Assembly: GCF_037042905.1 (NCBI RefSeq)
Contig: NC_087245.1
Span: forward strand, 32,056,001 to 32,120,000
Direction: 5' to 3'
Source: Lytechinus pictus
Taxonomy: Eukaryota
DNA length: 64,000 nucleotides
Both the position numbers and the translations under genes were made by a program. This document shows positions 23,831-39,600 of the stretch, one piece after another. Below the pieces are notes generated by a model, which saw only the letters and a program-made list of their open reading frames with translations, was not told where the DNA came from and searched no databases. The stretch's first letter is position 1, and every line of letters starts with the position of its first letter.

Positions 23831-26800
23831 AGCAGCTCCCCCATATATAATTACATAATAAAGATTCCATAATTTTTAAATGAATCATGATGCAGAACAA
23901 TGTTTTTTCTTATAGGAGTATAAAATGATATATGTCTTATGATATATCCACCATCAAAATAAAATTACTTTCATTTTTTTTCAGAACATGGCAATTTATA
24001 TCACACCACAGAGGGAGTAGATACTCATCTGTGAAGTCACACAATCAAAGCTTTAAAAAACATTAGTCCTATATTGTTTGGTGGAATTTCATCAAACTTT
24101 CACCGAGAATTTTTTTTCTATATTTTGTCCCCTTTATTACAAAAAACAAATGAGGGGGGGGGGTTAAAACTGAGGTTTCTAAGCCAGTTAGTGTTCCTAG
24201 AGGACCACACTATGATGTGTTAAAATTCCACCCCTAGGGAAAGAACTTCACACCACACGAACATGTTGTAATCAGAGGCGGATCTGGAGGGGGGGGGCAC
24301 ATCCAACCCGTGCCCCCCTTTTGAGAGCCATGGTCAATATTTTTAATATAAATAAGCATTTAATAAACTAGTGTGCTCCCCCTCCCTTGAGAGTCACAGC
24401 AAATATATCTAATGGGAATATGTCATGCATACAGTTTTTTTTTTTTTTTTTTTTTTTTGGGGGGGGGGCTTGTCAAATCTTAGGTGGAGAAAATTACCTT
24501 CAATTTTTATCAAAAACTTTTTTTAATACTTTTTTTGCTTGTCAAATTTTCCTAAAGAAAATGTGCCCCCCTCCCATTTGGAAAATCATGATGCAGTCCT
24601 CAATGTATACCAATCAAAATTGCAGTTTCAATACTCGCAGTTCTTGAATAGATGACTAATAACAATAAATTGTGGGTTGATAAAATACAGCCATAGATCT
24701 GTATAGCTCTGAGCTCTATTATCAGGGTTATATGAATCACAATGGACGCTTATAGATCTGTTACTCAATAAATGAGACCATGTATTGATTCCAAGAGCAA
24801 ACTCAAGGGTGAAAATGAATCTACCTCATGATTTCTTTTAGTGATACAAAGAAAGAACTTGCCTAAGTTGATGTCATGGTGACAGAAGTAAATGATTTGT
24901 CATCACTATTTTTTATACAATTATAAATGTGCACCTATTACTCATTCTAAACAAGTCAAAAGGTATAAGAGGAAAACCGTACATGAGGCAGCCCTTAAAG
25001 GTGCAGGAAAAAGAGTTTACCTAACATTGAATTATCACTCTTAAATAACACCCATTGAAGATTGATGACTGTTATTTATTCATTGGGTTTTTCCCCCAAA
25101 ATTCAAAGATAAATGACAAAAGTAAGAGAATTGTGAAAGAAGAGAAGAATGGATTGTGAACAGTATGGAATTTCCCATTAGGGAATCAGTTTGAAGACTA
25201 CCATTTGGCAAACCTACAGATTGGGCCAGATGGGAAAAATGAATCTTTTAGTCTAGAAGTCAGCAAACAATTCTTTGCAGAAACAAAAAAAAAGTCTAGA
25301 GGAGGTAAGACCCTATTGCACGAATCCCAAGACTGCAAGCCATGCTACGTATGCTTTTCTCACTCTCCCCACAATTCAAAATGGATGTTTTCTACTTGGG
25401 GAAGATCCCAATGAAAATTCCGGACCGATCTGTTATACCGTAAATGCTGCTTGAAATTTCAACCCTCTCCCATCCCGCCCTCCGCAGATCTGATGATGGG
25501 GATTGAAAGAGGTTTCGGAACATGGTAACATCTACAAGAACATCAATGGGGGATTGACCACACAATATGAACAAGGACTGATTTAGCTTCAGTTAGTAGA
25601 AGACCTACACACTGCAAAAACGCCGGTGTTATTTCAACACCAGCCTGGTATCTACATCGGTCAACACCAGAGAGGTGTTGAAACAACACCATTTAAAATC
25701 ATCAAACCGATATTGATTTAACACTAATTGGTGTTGCTTAAGTGCCAAATTGGTGTTAGCCTAACGCCAAACTGGTGTTGTTTCTACACCTCTCTGGTGT
25801 GGACCGATAGATACCAGGCTGGTGTTGAATAAGCACCGGCGTTTTTGCAGTGCATGTTACATCCGTCAGGAGCTGAAGTTTGTACCACCTATGTAGTTAG
25901 GAATGCCCACAAGTGAAGCTAGCGGGCGGTACAAATTAGAAGCAATTTCAGCACAGTAGGACACGCTCACTTATACTATTTCATCTCACTCATTTCAATT
26001 CTTTTACTACTTTCTATTAAGGCATTAAATTGACAACCTATAGACCACCACTTCAATGATGCAAATGTTTTAAACTCACTCCTTGTTTTGGTTAATTAGT
26101 TAAAAGTATGATTTTTTAATGTAAAAGTTGTCACTAAAATCACAAAATTTGCATAAAACTACTTTATGCATATATATTAAAAAATAACCAAACCCGAACA
26201 GGTCAAAAATGTGTGTGGTATATATTTCATATATAATGATAGGGATGAAAAACCAATTATATGGCACAGTAAATTTATTATAACATGATAGTGACAGCTG
26301 TCCTTGTTATGCTTCCATTGCTAAAGTTTACTGGTAGTTTTAAAATGAATTAAGTTACATAAAAATGCACTGATGCCAAAAGGATTCGCAAGAATTCCTT
26401 TTTATAAATATATTAAAGCAAAGAGTGGTTAAATAAGAAACCTGGAGGATATAAAGTCTGCATAAGATACTTGTATAATGAATGATAAGCAATCAACAGA
26501 AATGGGTGTTATTTAAAGCATCCAACAAAAACTCTGTGAAAGAAAAGAAAGATTAACTGCACTTTTCTTTGTCATTAGATGCGATGATGTCTCCGCAAGC
26601 GACTTAATAAAGCAGTGAGGGAAAATCCCCAATTTCTTTTTTTTTCTTTTTAAAGCCAAACATAAGCTGTCCCAAATATCAAATGTCTAGATCTTGATGA
26701 AATTTGACAAGAAATTGGTTGGGCTAGGTTGGGCTGCTTCTCGTAAATCATGTATTCTGTTCATTGTCATCAAGTCCAAAAAAATCTTCACAAATAGACA

Positions 26801-29800
26801 TGAAGAATAAAGAGGCAATAGTAATGTTCAATCAGTTTCTATACTGAAATCTTTTTTTTTAAATGTGCTAATGAATAAGTAGCAGATACTAAATATAGAC
26901 ACCATTCTCACTACCTTCCTAAAACTAGTTTAGTGGAAACTAGTTTAACATGTAATGAGAAAGGTCGAAGCGATCTTGGAAGCGATCTTCCAAACCGGTT
27001 CAGAAGTCCACCTCGCGATGTAGTTTTCAAGATCGCTTTGCCTCGTTAAACTGGTTTTAGCGTAAGTGAGGACACAACCGTTCTTCGGGAAGCGATCTTC
27101 GCACATTTTGAGCGCGCTACTCCACACGACAGGTGTAGAATGCCTACGCTGCGGTTTTGAATTTCGCGCCAAACGTGTCACCCCACTGAGAGCGTTTCCA
27201 TAGCAACAAGATCGCTTTATGTGAAGAGATTTTGAAAACCACTTTCGTGTGATCAAGTGGGAAGGATAGCAAAGCGATCTTCCAAACTGGTTTTCTGAAT
27301 CGGTTTCCAATAAACTAGTTTTAGAAAGCGTAATGAGAACGGCCTCATAGTAGGGCATGGGAAAGTAGGGAATTGAAGGAGGTAATTGCAAGCAGCTTCC
27401 GCTTTGTCTGAGAACATTCCTTATTTTCTTACTTCCTCATCAAGACTTTGACAATCCCCTCATCCCCTAACCCCAACCCCAACCCCCCCCCCAAAAAAAA
27501 AAATTCTTCTTCATAAACATATTATTTGGATGAGTTTCAATTTGGCGTGACATTTTTTCATGCAATCTGCTTTATGATAACAATCTTTCTCTCCAGCGTT
27601 ATGAAATATTAGAAATTGGTAGAAAATCATGTCTGTACATACGGAATGATATTACTGGTATACAATTCATGCCAATAAAGTAATCACCATAATGTTTGAT
27701 ATGCTCTGAAGAATGCATCATATGAATGATATCACCGCAAAAGAAAACAATACATGTAAATTGAATTAGATAAAATATAAAAATACGGAACAAATCAAGA
27801 ATACCGGTAGTATATATTCTTGTTATATGTAACCACAGGGAAAAAACCTACAATGGGTACCTGGTAAATTTTGATCTTCTTCCAAAGGAGAAAAGCTCCC
27901 CATGGACCACTCCGGGCATTTATCATCTTGTAATTTTGTTAAGGGATTCATACATGTATCCCTGACAGGATATGAAAGCAATTCCCAAGGGCACACTAGA
28001 TGTAATAGAAAGTGGTCTTACAGAAAAATCATTTGCAGGAAAAAAATTGTAGTCTGTGATGGGCTTTAAAACTTCAGGTTATTGTTATGTTTTCAGTATA
28101 CTTTTAAGAAACCAAACTAGAAAATTTTCTCTTTCAATTGATTTAAAAAAAAGAGGGATTTTTTTCAAAAGGAAGGTATTGGAGACAGAATCTGTTACTG
28201 GGGTGTTAAAACCAACACCAGTTGTGTTCCTGAAGGGCCACACCCTGAGGTGTTAAAATTACTCCATAGAGATTATACATAACACCAAAGAGTGTAATAG
28301 TAACCAAAGGTGTTGTGACAACATTCATAGTTGTTGAATTAACACCCCATTTTAGACACCCAATCAAAATGGTGTAGTGTTCTATATACACCAATCAATA
28401 CCAGAGTTTTTGCACTGTTCAAATATCAAGACCAAACTACTCACACAATGGATGTGGTGTTCGGTGGGTTTGTGTAAAATGTGGAAATAGAATGTCATGA
28501 TGCTTGAACTGCCAAATTAAAATGCACAAATCATTTAGGCTGCTTGTATTTTCCTAAATTACCATAATTTTGCTGAGACGGAAGATTGGTTGGATTCAAT
28601 GTCAATTTTCAAATTTAAACAGCAACATGAATCATGATTCAAAACAAAATTACAAAATGCAGATATAATGAGAAACAGAGAGAATGTTCAATGTCCCCCG
28701 TTCCCAGTCATAAAGGTAAACGTCTTTCAGATCTTGATTTGGAGGAAAATTTTGATGCTGAAAAAGGTACAATTTGAATCACGATCACCTTAGAGTTTAC
28801 CACCTTCAATACTGTGAATGCAACAAAATGTGACACTGAACGTGATAGAGTTTTAAATGTTTTTAAATGTGCTCTCACAGTGGAAGGTGCACTTATGATA
28901 GTTTTTGAGAGCAAAAATTCAAAGACAATTGACATAATTTTAATCATTTTCAAATTATCGAACCTGAACAGTGCACCGCTGATCACGATTGCATACTGTG
29001 TTTTTTATTAGCATTTTGAAACATGATTCATGTTACTGTTTAAATTTTAGTATCGACATAGAATAAACCTTTAGTAGCGTATCGTATCAAACCTGAACAG
29101 TGCACCGCTGATCACGATTGCATACTGTGTTTTTTATTAGCATTTTGAAACATGATTCATGTTGCTGTTTAAATTTTAGTATCGACATAGAATAAACCTT
29201 TAGTAGCGTATGGAAAGTTAGGTGAACAGATCGCCTCTTATTCATAGTCCCACATGCTTGCTTGCTTGTTTGCTTGATGCGAAGGAGGCAGCCGGTATCA
29301 AGTAAAACGAGACTTTGATCTCGTGACCTTATGATACTAATCCTCAGATCAAAGACTCATCAAATACTCTGGATTAAGGGGAAGAATATGATACCACCTA
29401 CACACGATCAAATTACCTCCTAGACACTGTAACGATTGTATACAGTGTGTTCATGAAGGTAATAAATAGAACTTCACGGTGTGTCTTGCTTCAGCACACA
29501 ATATTCAAAGAACTTGAGAAAATGGTATTCTTTAAAGAAATACATTATACCTGATACTTTGTGGGCATTGTGATTTTAAGTAGCATTTTACAGATTCAAA
29601 AGTCTACAGAGATGTGAAACTATACATTGAACTAGTACAGGGAGTAATGCAAGGGCTTTCCCCAAAATTTTTTTTCTTTGGTTTCCTTTGTTTGTATTTC
29701 TATTAATTCATGAGGTTACACCTGATTCTGATAATCAAGGCAATGCTTCATATTTGGGGGGTATTTGAATTATAACATGATACCTATGTGCCGCGCCAAA

Positions 29801-32800
29801 GTAAAAACATACATGTAGGAGGCTCTGGACCTAAATCTTGGTCTGAAAACAGGGGTCTCTGGAATGGCTCTTTGATCAACGATTGCTAACAATACACTGC
29901 TCTGGAATTGACCACATAAAAAAAGGGGGGGTCTCTGGAACTCATGAGATTGTATGCATAATTGGTAGCGGCTACGTAAAAAATGTGCGCGCGTCTGCTA
30001 TCGCTAGTACAGGCTAGCTGCAGGCGCGCAGGGAGCTTCTGGGGCCCGCCGTTATTGCTATCCGCCGATCGAACTCGCCGCTCTCACAGGATCAGTCCTT
30101 CATGATGGACATGCATTGGTACAAGAAATCACAAATTTGAGGGTCTCCGGAATGGGAAAAAATAGGAATGTATATGGCATTCTGAATTGGTGATGCTATG
30201 GAACAGAAACTTAGGCTGAAAATGGAGGTCTCAACCGTGGCACATACGTATCATACATTCACTAAGTACCCCTGGCATATTTGGTATATGTTTTGGAGAT
30301 TGTAGCAAGAGAACAAATTGGTCGCTTTTATCTCACTGCTCTGACGAAACCTAAAGTGGTTAGTCCATTTTGAAAGTTACCTGAAGGTTTACATCCTCTC
30401 TTAGGGCCAACTCAATGGGTATTGCCAATGTCTATTAATGCTGTTGATTTGTAAGAGTGAGAGAAATACAATCAACTTTAGAGACCTTTCGTTTTCTGTG
30501 ACGAGCCATGTGGACGTACAAGATTAAGGAATTTTGGGAGCGCTGCACATGCGCGAAGTAATCTGTGACGAGCCTTCTCGTTCACTGCCCAAATCTGTGA
30601 CTCATATTTGAGGGTTTTGACGTTCGGTGTCATAGTGCTCGAACGAGCGCTAGTTCGTACATGATGACGTCATCCAAGCTTAGCAAAAATGAATGAAGCC
30701 GCATCAACATTCGAGTTTGGTTGATTCAGCAGGGCTGGTAAACTGCAAATTACTGCTTGTTACCAGCTTTTCCATTACATTTAGTGTGTCCTGTTTTCAG
30801 ACACTACATATCCGATAGGTAATTGATGTTCTATTTCCAAACAACTGTGTTTTTTTTCTCGCCTTTTTGCACAAGAGTGCAAATGTTGCACCCACAGTCG
30901 CCCCACTGGTTCGTAGCCTGATGCTACGCCTGATTCTCCGGCCGAGCATCGGCCCACGGCCCGCTCACTATAACGCTGGTATACGCTGCGGCCTGGTACG
31001 GGTACGTCGACTTAAATCGAAACTGTTTTCATTAATGTACGAACGTGATACTGAACGAGCGGTGTCACCACTTCCGGTGAACTAGGACTGCTAGGACAAT
31101 CGAAAGCTTGGTTTTATGTGTAGATATTCAGTCACCAAGTAAGCACCATAGTCTTTATATAAAGTTACCCTCACAGAGACTTAGATGGCATAGGTCTACC
31201 CCTAATGTGATAGAGTGATAATACCCATAAGGGTTGAATTAACACTGTAAATTTAACACCACAGCTGGTGTAGTCCTCTTTGTAAACCTGTTAACACAAC
31301 AGTTTTTGCTACAAAGTGGAGCATTCCCTGCAACCTTGACTTTACTGCAGAGATCTTGGTCCCATAACACTAAAGTTAGCAATTAATCGCTAAATAAAAT
31401 GGCCTATCAAGATAGCATGCACATAAAAACCGACTCCCTTTACACCTTTCCGCCACACGTGTAAGACGTAATCCTTCTCTAAATCAGCAAATGCCTCCCG
31501 TGCAAACGAGGTGTACAAAATGGGCTATGCCTGGGTGCAGCTGAGAGTCGATAGCTCAATGAGATAGCTTATAAGATAACCCAGATATACTTGATCCCAG
31601 CTACTCTGGTCCACTTAGAGGCATTTGAGGAACTGATGCCATCGTTCCTTCAGGTGGCGGCCTAGAAAAGCTTGCTAACATTCTAGGCTATACATTTATA
31701 TCTTCAAGGGGGCCTTAAGCATTCTAAAAATCTGCTCAGAATGGTAGGAGCATCGGGAATACCATATCTTATCCAACAATATTATTACATCCATAGTGTA
31801 AAAAAAAAACGTTTAAAATTTAAGCATGTTGTTTAAGCCTGCCATTCTAACAACTTTTGTTTACTTTTAAACAATCGTTTAAGTTCTTAAACAACTTTTG
31901 TTTACTTTTAAACAATCATTTAAATTCTTAAACAACCTGCTTAAAAGTTTAAACAACTTGTTTAAAAACTTAAACAATAGTTGTTAGCATGATGGGCTTA
32001 CACAACTTGCTTAATATTTTAAACAGCGTATTTTACAGTGTAGCAGAGGGTTGTACAATCTATCTGCTTGGATATATACATGTTTCTTCCCAACTGTAAT
32101 TGAGTGCTACACACAATCAGAACATCTTTATTGTTGTCAAGAAATCTCAATAGATTGTGCAAGATAGGCACCAGGCTGGGATGACGTTCTGAACAATGTT
32201 AAAACAAGACTTCACAAATCCATATACAACGTATGGAAATGGGACGTTATTTCCCACGTCTGAATTCTCTTATATCAACATTCAATATGTCAATAGGTTG
32301 TTATGTTTAAATGCATATACGTTCACACTCATAACATATTATAATATGTTGCATGAATATAAAATATATTGATGGATAGATTTTTCACAGAGCTGCCAGG
32401 AGCATTTCAGGATTTTAAAACCCCACAATCAGCATTTTGATGAAGAAATAAGTATTTTTAAAAGAAATACCATAGGACAGCACAAACATTTCACTTCAGA
32501 AATCAGAATTTTGCATGAACCCGTCAGTATTCTCCACATTTTTCATTACTAAATATTGAAAATTGGTACTGGTAGGTTTAAGTGATGAAAGTGTTCAATA
32601 CCAAACGAAAGTATTCTATTTGCAACTGAATTGGCTGACGAAGACCCCAATAACCCCTTAGCAGTTACACTTATCTGTGTTATAAAATATGCATGTTAGG
32701 TAACATACTCTTCTAATTAAGAGAGTGCCACATTACTTTTATTTTGAGTTACATTACGAGTGACAGACAGCCCCAAGTGTACAACCTCATTAAGTAACAT

Positions 32801-33441
32801 CAATACACGGAAGAAATCTGGTCCTGAAAGCAATGACACTTGACTCTGAGCAGCCACGGTGTCCCTTTACCACGAGCCAATGATTAAATTAGCGACCAAC
32901 AGCTCGGGTGATAATGTCATCTTTGAACATTACTCTACATAATCATCATTCAAAGTGCTTTTTGGTTAAGGTAAATGACAGTTATGATTTTATTTCAGAT
33001 ATGAAAAGTGCAACGAGGATGCCGATGACCGTAGTTGTAGCGATACGCCGCGTTAACATGGTGATGCCTGCGATGTCCACTCGACTCCATTTTCAACTCA
33101 ACTTTACAACAAAGATCGGTATGATTACAGTTCTGTGAAAATGTCAAGTTACTACCATTGCATTACGACAGGTTTTATAATGCCAAGATGATATTTTCAT
33201 CGTTTCAAACATTTAGTTTCATTACTGGATATCTAAGATCTGTCTCTAGTATTGAGGGACAATGGTCATAACAGTCCGATTCAAAGGCACAAGTACATCA
33301 GACGGTTTATTAGATTGGATTAAATACTGACCTAAATATGCCAATCAACCTAATAAATAATTCTACTTCAAAACAAGTCCGCTGGTGTCCATACCCTCAA
33401 TAACTCCCCCCCTCCCCTCACCACCACTTTGTCTCTTTTTA

Positions 33442-33472
<31 letters not shown>

Positions 33473-33598
33473 TCCTCTGTCTTTCTGTCTGTCTCTCCCC
33501 ATTACTCTTTGCTTGTGTCTCTCTATATGCTTCACTTAAGCCTGGCTCCCACCTTTGCGTTTTAAGCCACGTATTACTGCTTTATATTATTATATTAC

Positions 33599-33643
<45 letters not shown>

Positions 33644-36600
33644 CATTATTATTAAGAGGAAAAAAAATCACCATATGTATTTTGGCAAGTTGATACTATC
33701 ATGAATCGAGAAACTTTTTAGTCATTTTAACGGAATTGCCAAATATGGGATTACATGTATTTTGCAATATCTGTCCTTCCAATCCATCTTATTTCACTTT
33801 TCCTCATCTCAAGATCTCCTTTCTCTCTCTTCTTTTCACACATTCTATCTATCTTTCCTCCTATAATTTCCAGACTTCTTCCTTCAATCTTATATCATAA
33901 TATACCTCTTAGGTCATATACTACACCCCCTTTTCCTTCCTCCCTCTCATTTTTCTTCTTCCTCCTCCTTCTACATCCTTCTTACTCCCTTTTCTTATGC
34001 TCTATCCTAAAGGTTATTTCCACTCCAGAATAAGAAGAGCAGCTCTTAACTCTAACATCATGAATTATCTATTGATATCGTGGTACAGCCATAATCATCT
34101 GAGTGTACTCTCGGAGCAAAATAGATGAGGTTGTCATTTACCTGAATAATAAATGCAGGATTAATCATTTTTGACCTTTTACCAAATTCAGTGACTCTGA
34201 AAAGAAAACAACAGCATGAAAAATGGATTATGTTCCATTTTGTAGCGAATATGCTGAAATATATCAACATAAATTATTAGATAATGATGACTATTGCAGA
34301 ATTGAGTAATAATGATATCAAAATACCTTATGTATAAATATGAATACATAAGCTTGGTACACTGTATTAATACAAGGCTGCGTTCAAACGAACTTGCATT
34401 TAAAAACATTCCTACAAAATTCAAAATTGTTTAGGTCTACTATCATGTTACTGTATTTGGGAATGAAAAGCTATTGTCAATTGATTTATAAATGGTTTAT
34501 ATAAATGAGTGTGTAAATACTGTACGTTATCAAATGAAAATATGAACACATCATTCTAGCAAGCTTTAACAGACAAAGACTGTGTTCACACAAATATGGT
34601 AGTTGATTTTTCCCCAGTTGAATTTCCCAGTTAAATATCATTGTCTTGGGAAATAAAATGCTATATTCATTAAATTCACGTTTGGGATGATTTCCACTAC
34701 TACATATAAAAATAGCTATCTCAAGAAGATATAAACATACAATTAAAGTAGACAAGGTCGCGTATATGTTTCAAATTTGGTCAATTGTCTTAATTTTCAT
34801 AAAAAACAATTTTCAACGATTAGATCTAAGGATGATTTCCAAAAATATAAATAAATAAAATTTAGTTATCTCATGAAGATATGAACACATACTAGTAGCT
34901 TGAGCATACTATGATAGGCAACATGGCACACATGTTTCAAACAGTTTTAGTCCATTCTCAAAATTTTGAATAAAAGGCAAGAGTCAAATTTTGTAGAGGG
35001 TTCTCACCTTTTCGAGATTTCCCTGATTTTTCCCTTATGAGGTTTAACAGTTCCCTGATAATTATTAAAACCCATTCCCAGTTTCATATGTTTTCTAAGT
35101 TGTTGCTGTGAATTACATGTATTTTCAGTATAAAAACAATAATGTAAAAACTAAGTTAGTACTATTACACAGGCATGTAATGGCCTCCCTTCTCCCCATA
35201 CAGCCAGCCTTTCCTCACCTTATACAGAAAGAGGTTGATATGCAACAAAATATAACAGATTCGGACTGACTACCATGCTTTTGATTTTTGGGCTGATAAA
35301 AATTCCCTGATTTTTACCTCATTTGAGGCATTTTTCTCTGATTTTAGGTATTTTTTTATCAAATTCCCTGATTTTTCACTGACTGGAAAAAATAAGATAA
35401 TTTTGCCTGATGGCCTAGGAACCCTGGTCAATGAATTTCCGGTTTGTTTCTACAAATGAATTTGAAAATACAATAGAGTAATCTTGTGTAGATGTAAACG
35501 CATTAGTTAAGTACACCGGTGTGTTGGCTCAGTTGTTAGAGCGTCCGTCTCACAACCGGGAGGTCGGGGGTTCAAACCTCGGCCGCTTCAGACCAAAAGA
35601 CGTTAAAAGATGGGAGTTGCTGCTACCCTGTTTGGCGTTCAACGATTAAAGGGATAGAGCCTCGTCGATCTGGCACTGCACAGCGGCTGCCGCGCCCACG
35701 ATCAATTGGGCAAAGCAAATTTTCGGAGTATTTCATTTCATGTCTATTTCGAACAATAAAATATGGATTTTCATTTTCACTTTAATAGAAAAGGCTGTGC
35801 TAATACAAATTTTAAATTCAAACTTATTCATCGGGTACTTTCATGTCATTGGGATCGAAAAGATGATTCTGACAACCAACTGCAAAAAATATCTCTGAAA
35901 TACAAATAAAGATGATAATAATATTCCGCTTAATACATTTGAACAATAACTCTTAAGGTATACAGATATGTTGTTACCCCAGTAATTGGATCATAACTTG
36001 CCCACATACATGTACAATGCATGCACTTTCTCCACTCCCTGGGGAGCATTTCAACTAGATTTTCAAATTAAATTGCTAGGCAAATCACATAGGCTTCCAC
36101 ATCCTACCAGGTACCAATTTAATACCTGGGTGGAGAGTGGCAAAATGTGGATTGACGCCTAGGCAAAGGACAAAAGGCTGCAGTGGGATTTGAACACACG
36201 ACCCTCTTACTACAAGGCAAGAGTCAGAACCGCTACACCACCATAGGGTAAATCGTATTTGTTATTTGAAGTCTTTATATACCAGGGGTCCGTTTCATAA
36301 AGCTGTTCGTAAGTTAAGAGCGACTTTGAGAACGACTGGTGATCCTTTCTTATGCGCTAAACCATTGCCAATAATTCTACCATTTACAAGAAAGGATCAC
36401 CAGTCGTTCTTAAAGTCGCTCTTAACTTACGAACAGTTTTATGAAACACACACCAAAATCAAGGTCACATGTCATTTAAGATTGGATAAAGCATTTGACA
36501 AGATGATTAACTGTACAATCAACCAACTGTCACCAAGGAGGATAATGTCTATACTTTATGCAGAATTAATGCCTTTTGCAAACAACGAGGTGAATAAAAG

Positions 36601-39600
36601 GCAATTATCACTCTGTAATTAGGATGCTGGTGGTTGCATGCCTTTTGATTGGATAGCCTAGACCCCTTGATTTACCCCACACAGAATACATATGACAATG
36701 TTAATTATACTACTGCATGCCAATGGGAAGAAGGATACCTAGCCTCAAAGAGGGGGGGGGGGGGAACTCATGTTTAATGCGGTAAAGGGATGTGTCACTT
36801 CTTCCTTTTTCAGAACTCAATATCAGTTCCCTAGATACTCAATTCAATGTTTTACAAATGATACAAAGCTTTAAAAACAATCTCTATTGACCAATCAAAT
36901 TGCTGGATGTTGGAAGCTATTAACCTTAGCTGGTGATTATCATGTTAATGTAACAAGCTTTAAACACTGGGCAGAAAATCTTAAAACACCCCAAGAAAAA
37001 AAATTCTGCATACTCTAATCACGAGAAGCTTTGAGGTAAACTTGCAAGTTCATTACATCAGTTGACATTTGCCATTATTTAAAATGTTTGAAACAAAACC
37101 GGTATTGAATTGCATTGACGTACACAGGGGACACCTAGCTGCAAAAACCATGAATAAATAGAGGGTGTGGATGAATATTTGATGGCGGGAGAACTGATTT
37201 GACTCGGTAGAAACACGTAGATGTAACGGGAGCATCTCCCAGCCTCCCTCTCACGATACAGCGCGGCTGAAAGGCAATGAGCGATCACCTCTCTGCAAAA
37301 CTGCGATGGCAGCTTAAGTTCATGTCAGATAAAATGGGCTTGGCCCTACATCAGCCATTAGGGACTACCTGCAGGAGATTTGTGGTACCTCATTGATGTT
37401 ATTTATCGCGCACGGGGTAACAAAAAGGAGTTTATGCAGTCACATTTAAACCCCCATTGTCTTCTCTCTAAAAAGTATTTGTTTGACATGTAATGAAGTC
37501 AGTGCCCAACACTCTCCACTTGCTTTTTAATTCCATTTATCTTTTGTACTCAATTCTATTGTTACATATAATTGCATACGGACATGCTATGCTATGCGTT
37601 ATGTGCTAGAAAATAAGTGAATATTATCATTTGCACTGCATAAATGTTTGGGGTAATAGAATACATGCATCTTGTTTGAGTATGTTTTGCAGTCCATAAT
37701 TTCAACAATGTAGAGAGAAAATATTTATGACTTTTCAAGGTAATTCCCCCTACATTTCATGAACTTTCTTTACTTTTTTATTCAATTGGCAGAGGTAAAT
37801 ATGGCATCATATTTTTGTGATAGTCAAAAATTATGAGTCATGGTGATTACAATAGTACCAATCACTCCTGAGCTTTGCCTCTAAGTGAATGGCCCTTGTT
37901 TGGGGTAACTCTTGGCTAAATTTTCAACTAGAAATTCTCATGGCAAACGTATCATAGTAGGGCAGGGCAATCACTTATCAGTATGCATGTTTTACCGAGA
38001 CTAAAGGGAGTAAAAATAGCAGTAATGCTCCCATTAATGCTCGTGTTACAGAAACGTTGATACTCAATGGTTCTATATGAATACAAACTTCAGCACACAT
38101 TAGAATGATTCTCAGAAGCTACAAGTTATTTGCACGCCTTTCATTGCACCAAGCACTACCGGTAATTCCCACAAAAGCTCTTCATATATACCAAAGCCAT
38201 AAATAGCACTTCTGTCTGCCTCGCTTGCCAGTTAGAAGCTTTTAACAGAGATAAAGGGGAAACACAAGACATCAGCCATAATGGTGCGTAATTTGAGAGT
38301 CAACTAATTCTAAAGAGTAAGCCCCAGATTACGGCTCACTTCGAAAGGTAAAAGAAACCACTCAAAAGAAAGTTCTGACTTTAAGTTTAAGAGAAATGAA
38401 GAATTCGAGGTTGGAGGGAAGTGATTGGCATGGTCTACGGACCATCTGAAAACGGAGGACAAGCAGAATCAATATTTTTCTTGACAAGCCCCCTTGAGAC
38501 ATTCAACTGGTATTGGTTTATTTCGATGATTGAGAGAGAGAGAGAGACTTGGACTGACTCTCACTTTCGGTTCATTTTAGGTCAACAAGTGTCGTCCGTC
38601 CCCCCCCCCCCCAACAATATTATCATCCATTCAATATTTCAAAATCATCAACTTTGCGGTTGGCCTTATCTTCATATTTATTTACTAGTATTGTTAATTG
38701 CGATTCAAACACTTTAAAAATGCAACATAAAAAGCACAATTTGAAAATAAAATTAAAAACAACTTCAAAGAATATAAATCACAAAACACAGACATTTAAA
38801 ACAAAATCCATTTCAACCTCGGCAAACACAATTTGTCATATATGGAGCATATTTCTAGTGAGGAGAATGACGATCATGAAGTCTTCCAATCTATATCCAA
38901 CTAATTATGATCAAAATCTACAGATAAAATGCAGAAAAAGGTAACAACACGGAATAAGAGAAATTTATTGTAATTGATGCCTTTGATGATGGCAATATCA
39001 TCACAAGGATTCATCTTTAAAATTGACACGCAACTATTTCTTTTTCCTATTTGCTCTTTGTGTGTGGTGGTGAAGTTCAAAGTAAACAAGTGCTTTATCA
39101 GAGAGAGGAATGACAAATAAGCTTTTCCTTGTGTTCTTAATACGACCAATAAAAATTTCCATAATGTATATTAAGCACCCACAAGGCAGGCTGACGGCCT
39201 CTCGTGCCATTTTCATCTCAATTTAAAAAAAAGTGCTCAGTCCCAGATACCTTATTCCACGTCTTCTATATGTCTACCTATAATCCTGTTTGCACAGAAG
39301 CTGTAAAGGGGGTTATTTAACATGGATATCGCATACGAGGAGTGTGAAGGCGGACAATATAGGGGAAATCCCTCTCAACCTGTGAAAGCAAAGCACTTGA
39401 GAGTTATAAGGCAATCAAATGGATTAAAGACGCAGACGCTGGAAGGCATGGCCTTTACCAAGAAGACTTCTGAAGAGTTCAGCATGCACTCCCACAAGCC
39501 AAGGCCATTGGTATCGCTTAATTATTAAGAAAACGTATGCAGAAATGGGGAGAATGGATGATAGGCAAACCTTTGTAAAAGCCTTCTATTGTGCTTGAAT

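Noticed and set aside
26945..27391. 148-aa ORF
   Set aside because: Lies within a non-autonomous MITE and shows no transposase motifs.
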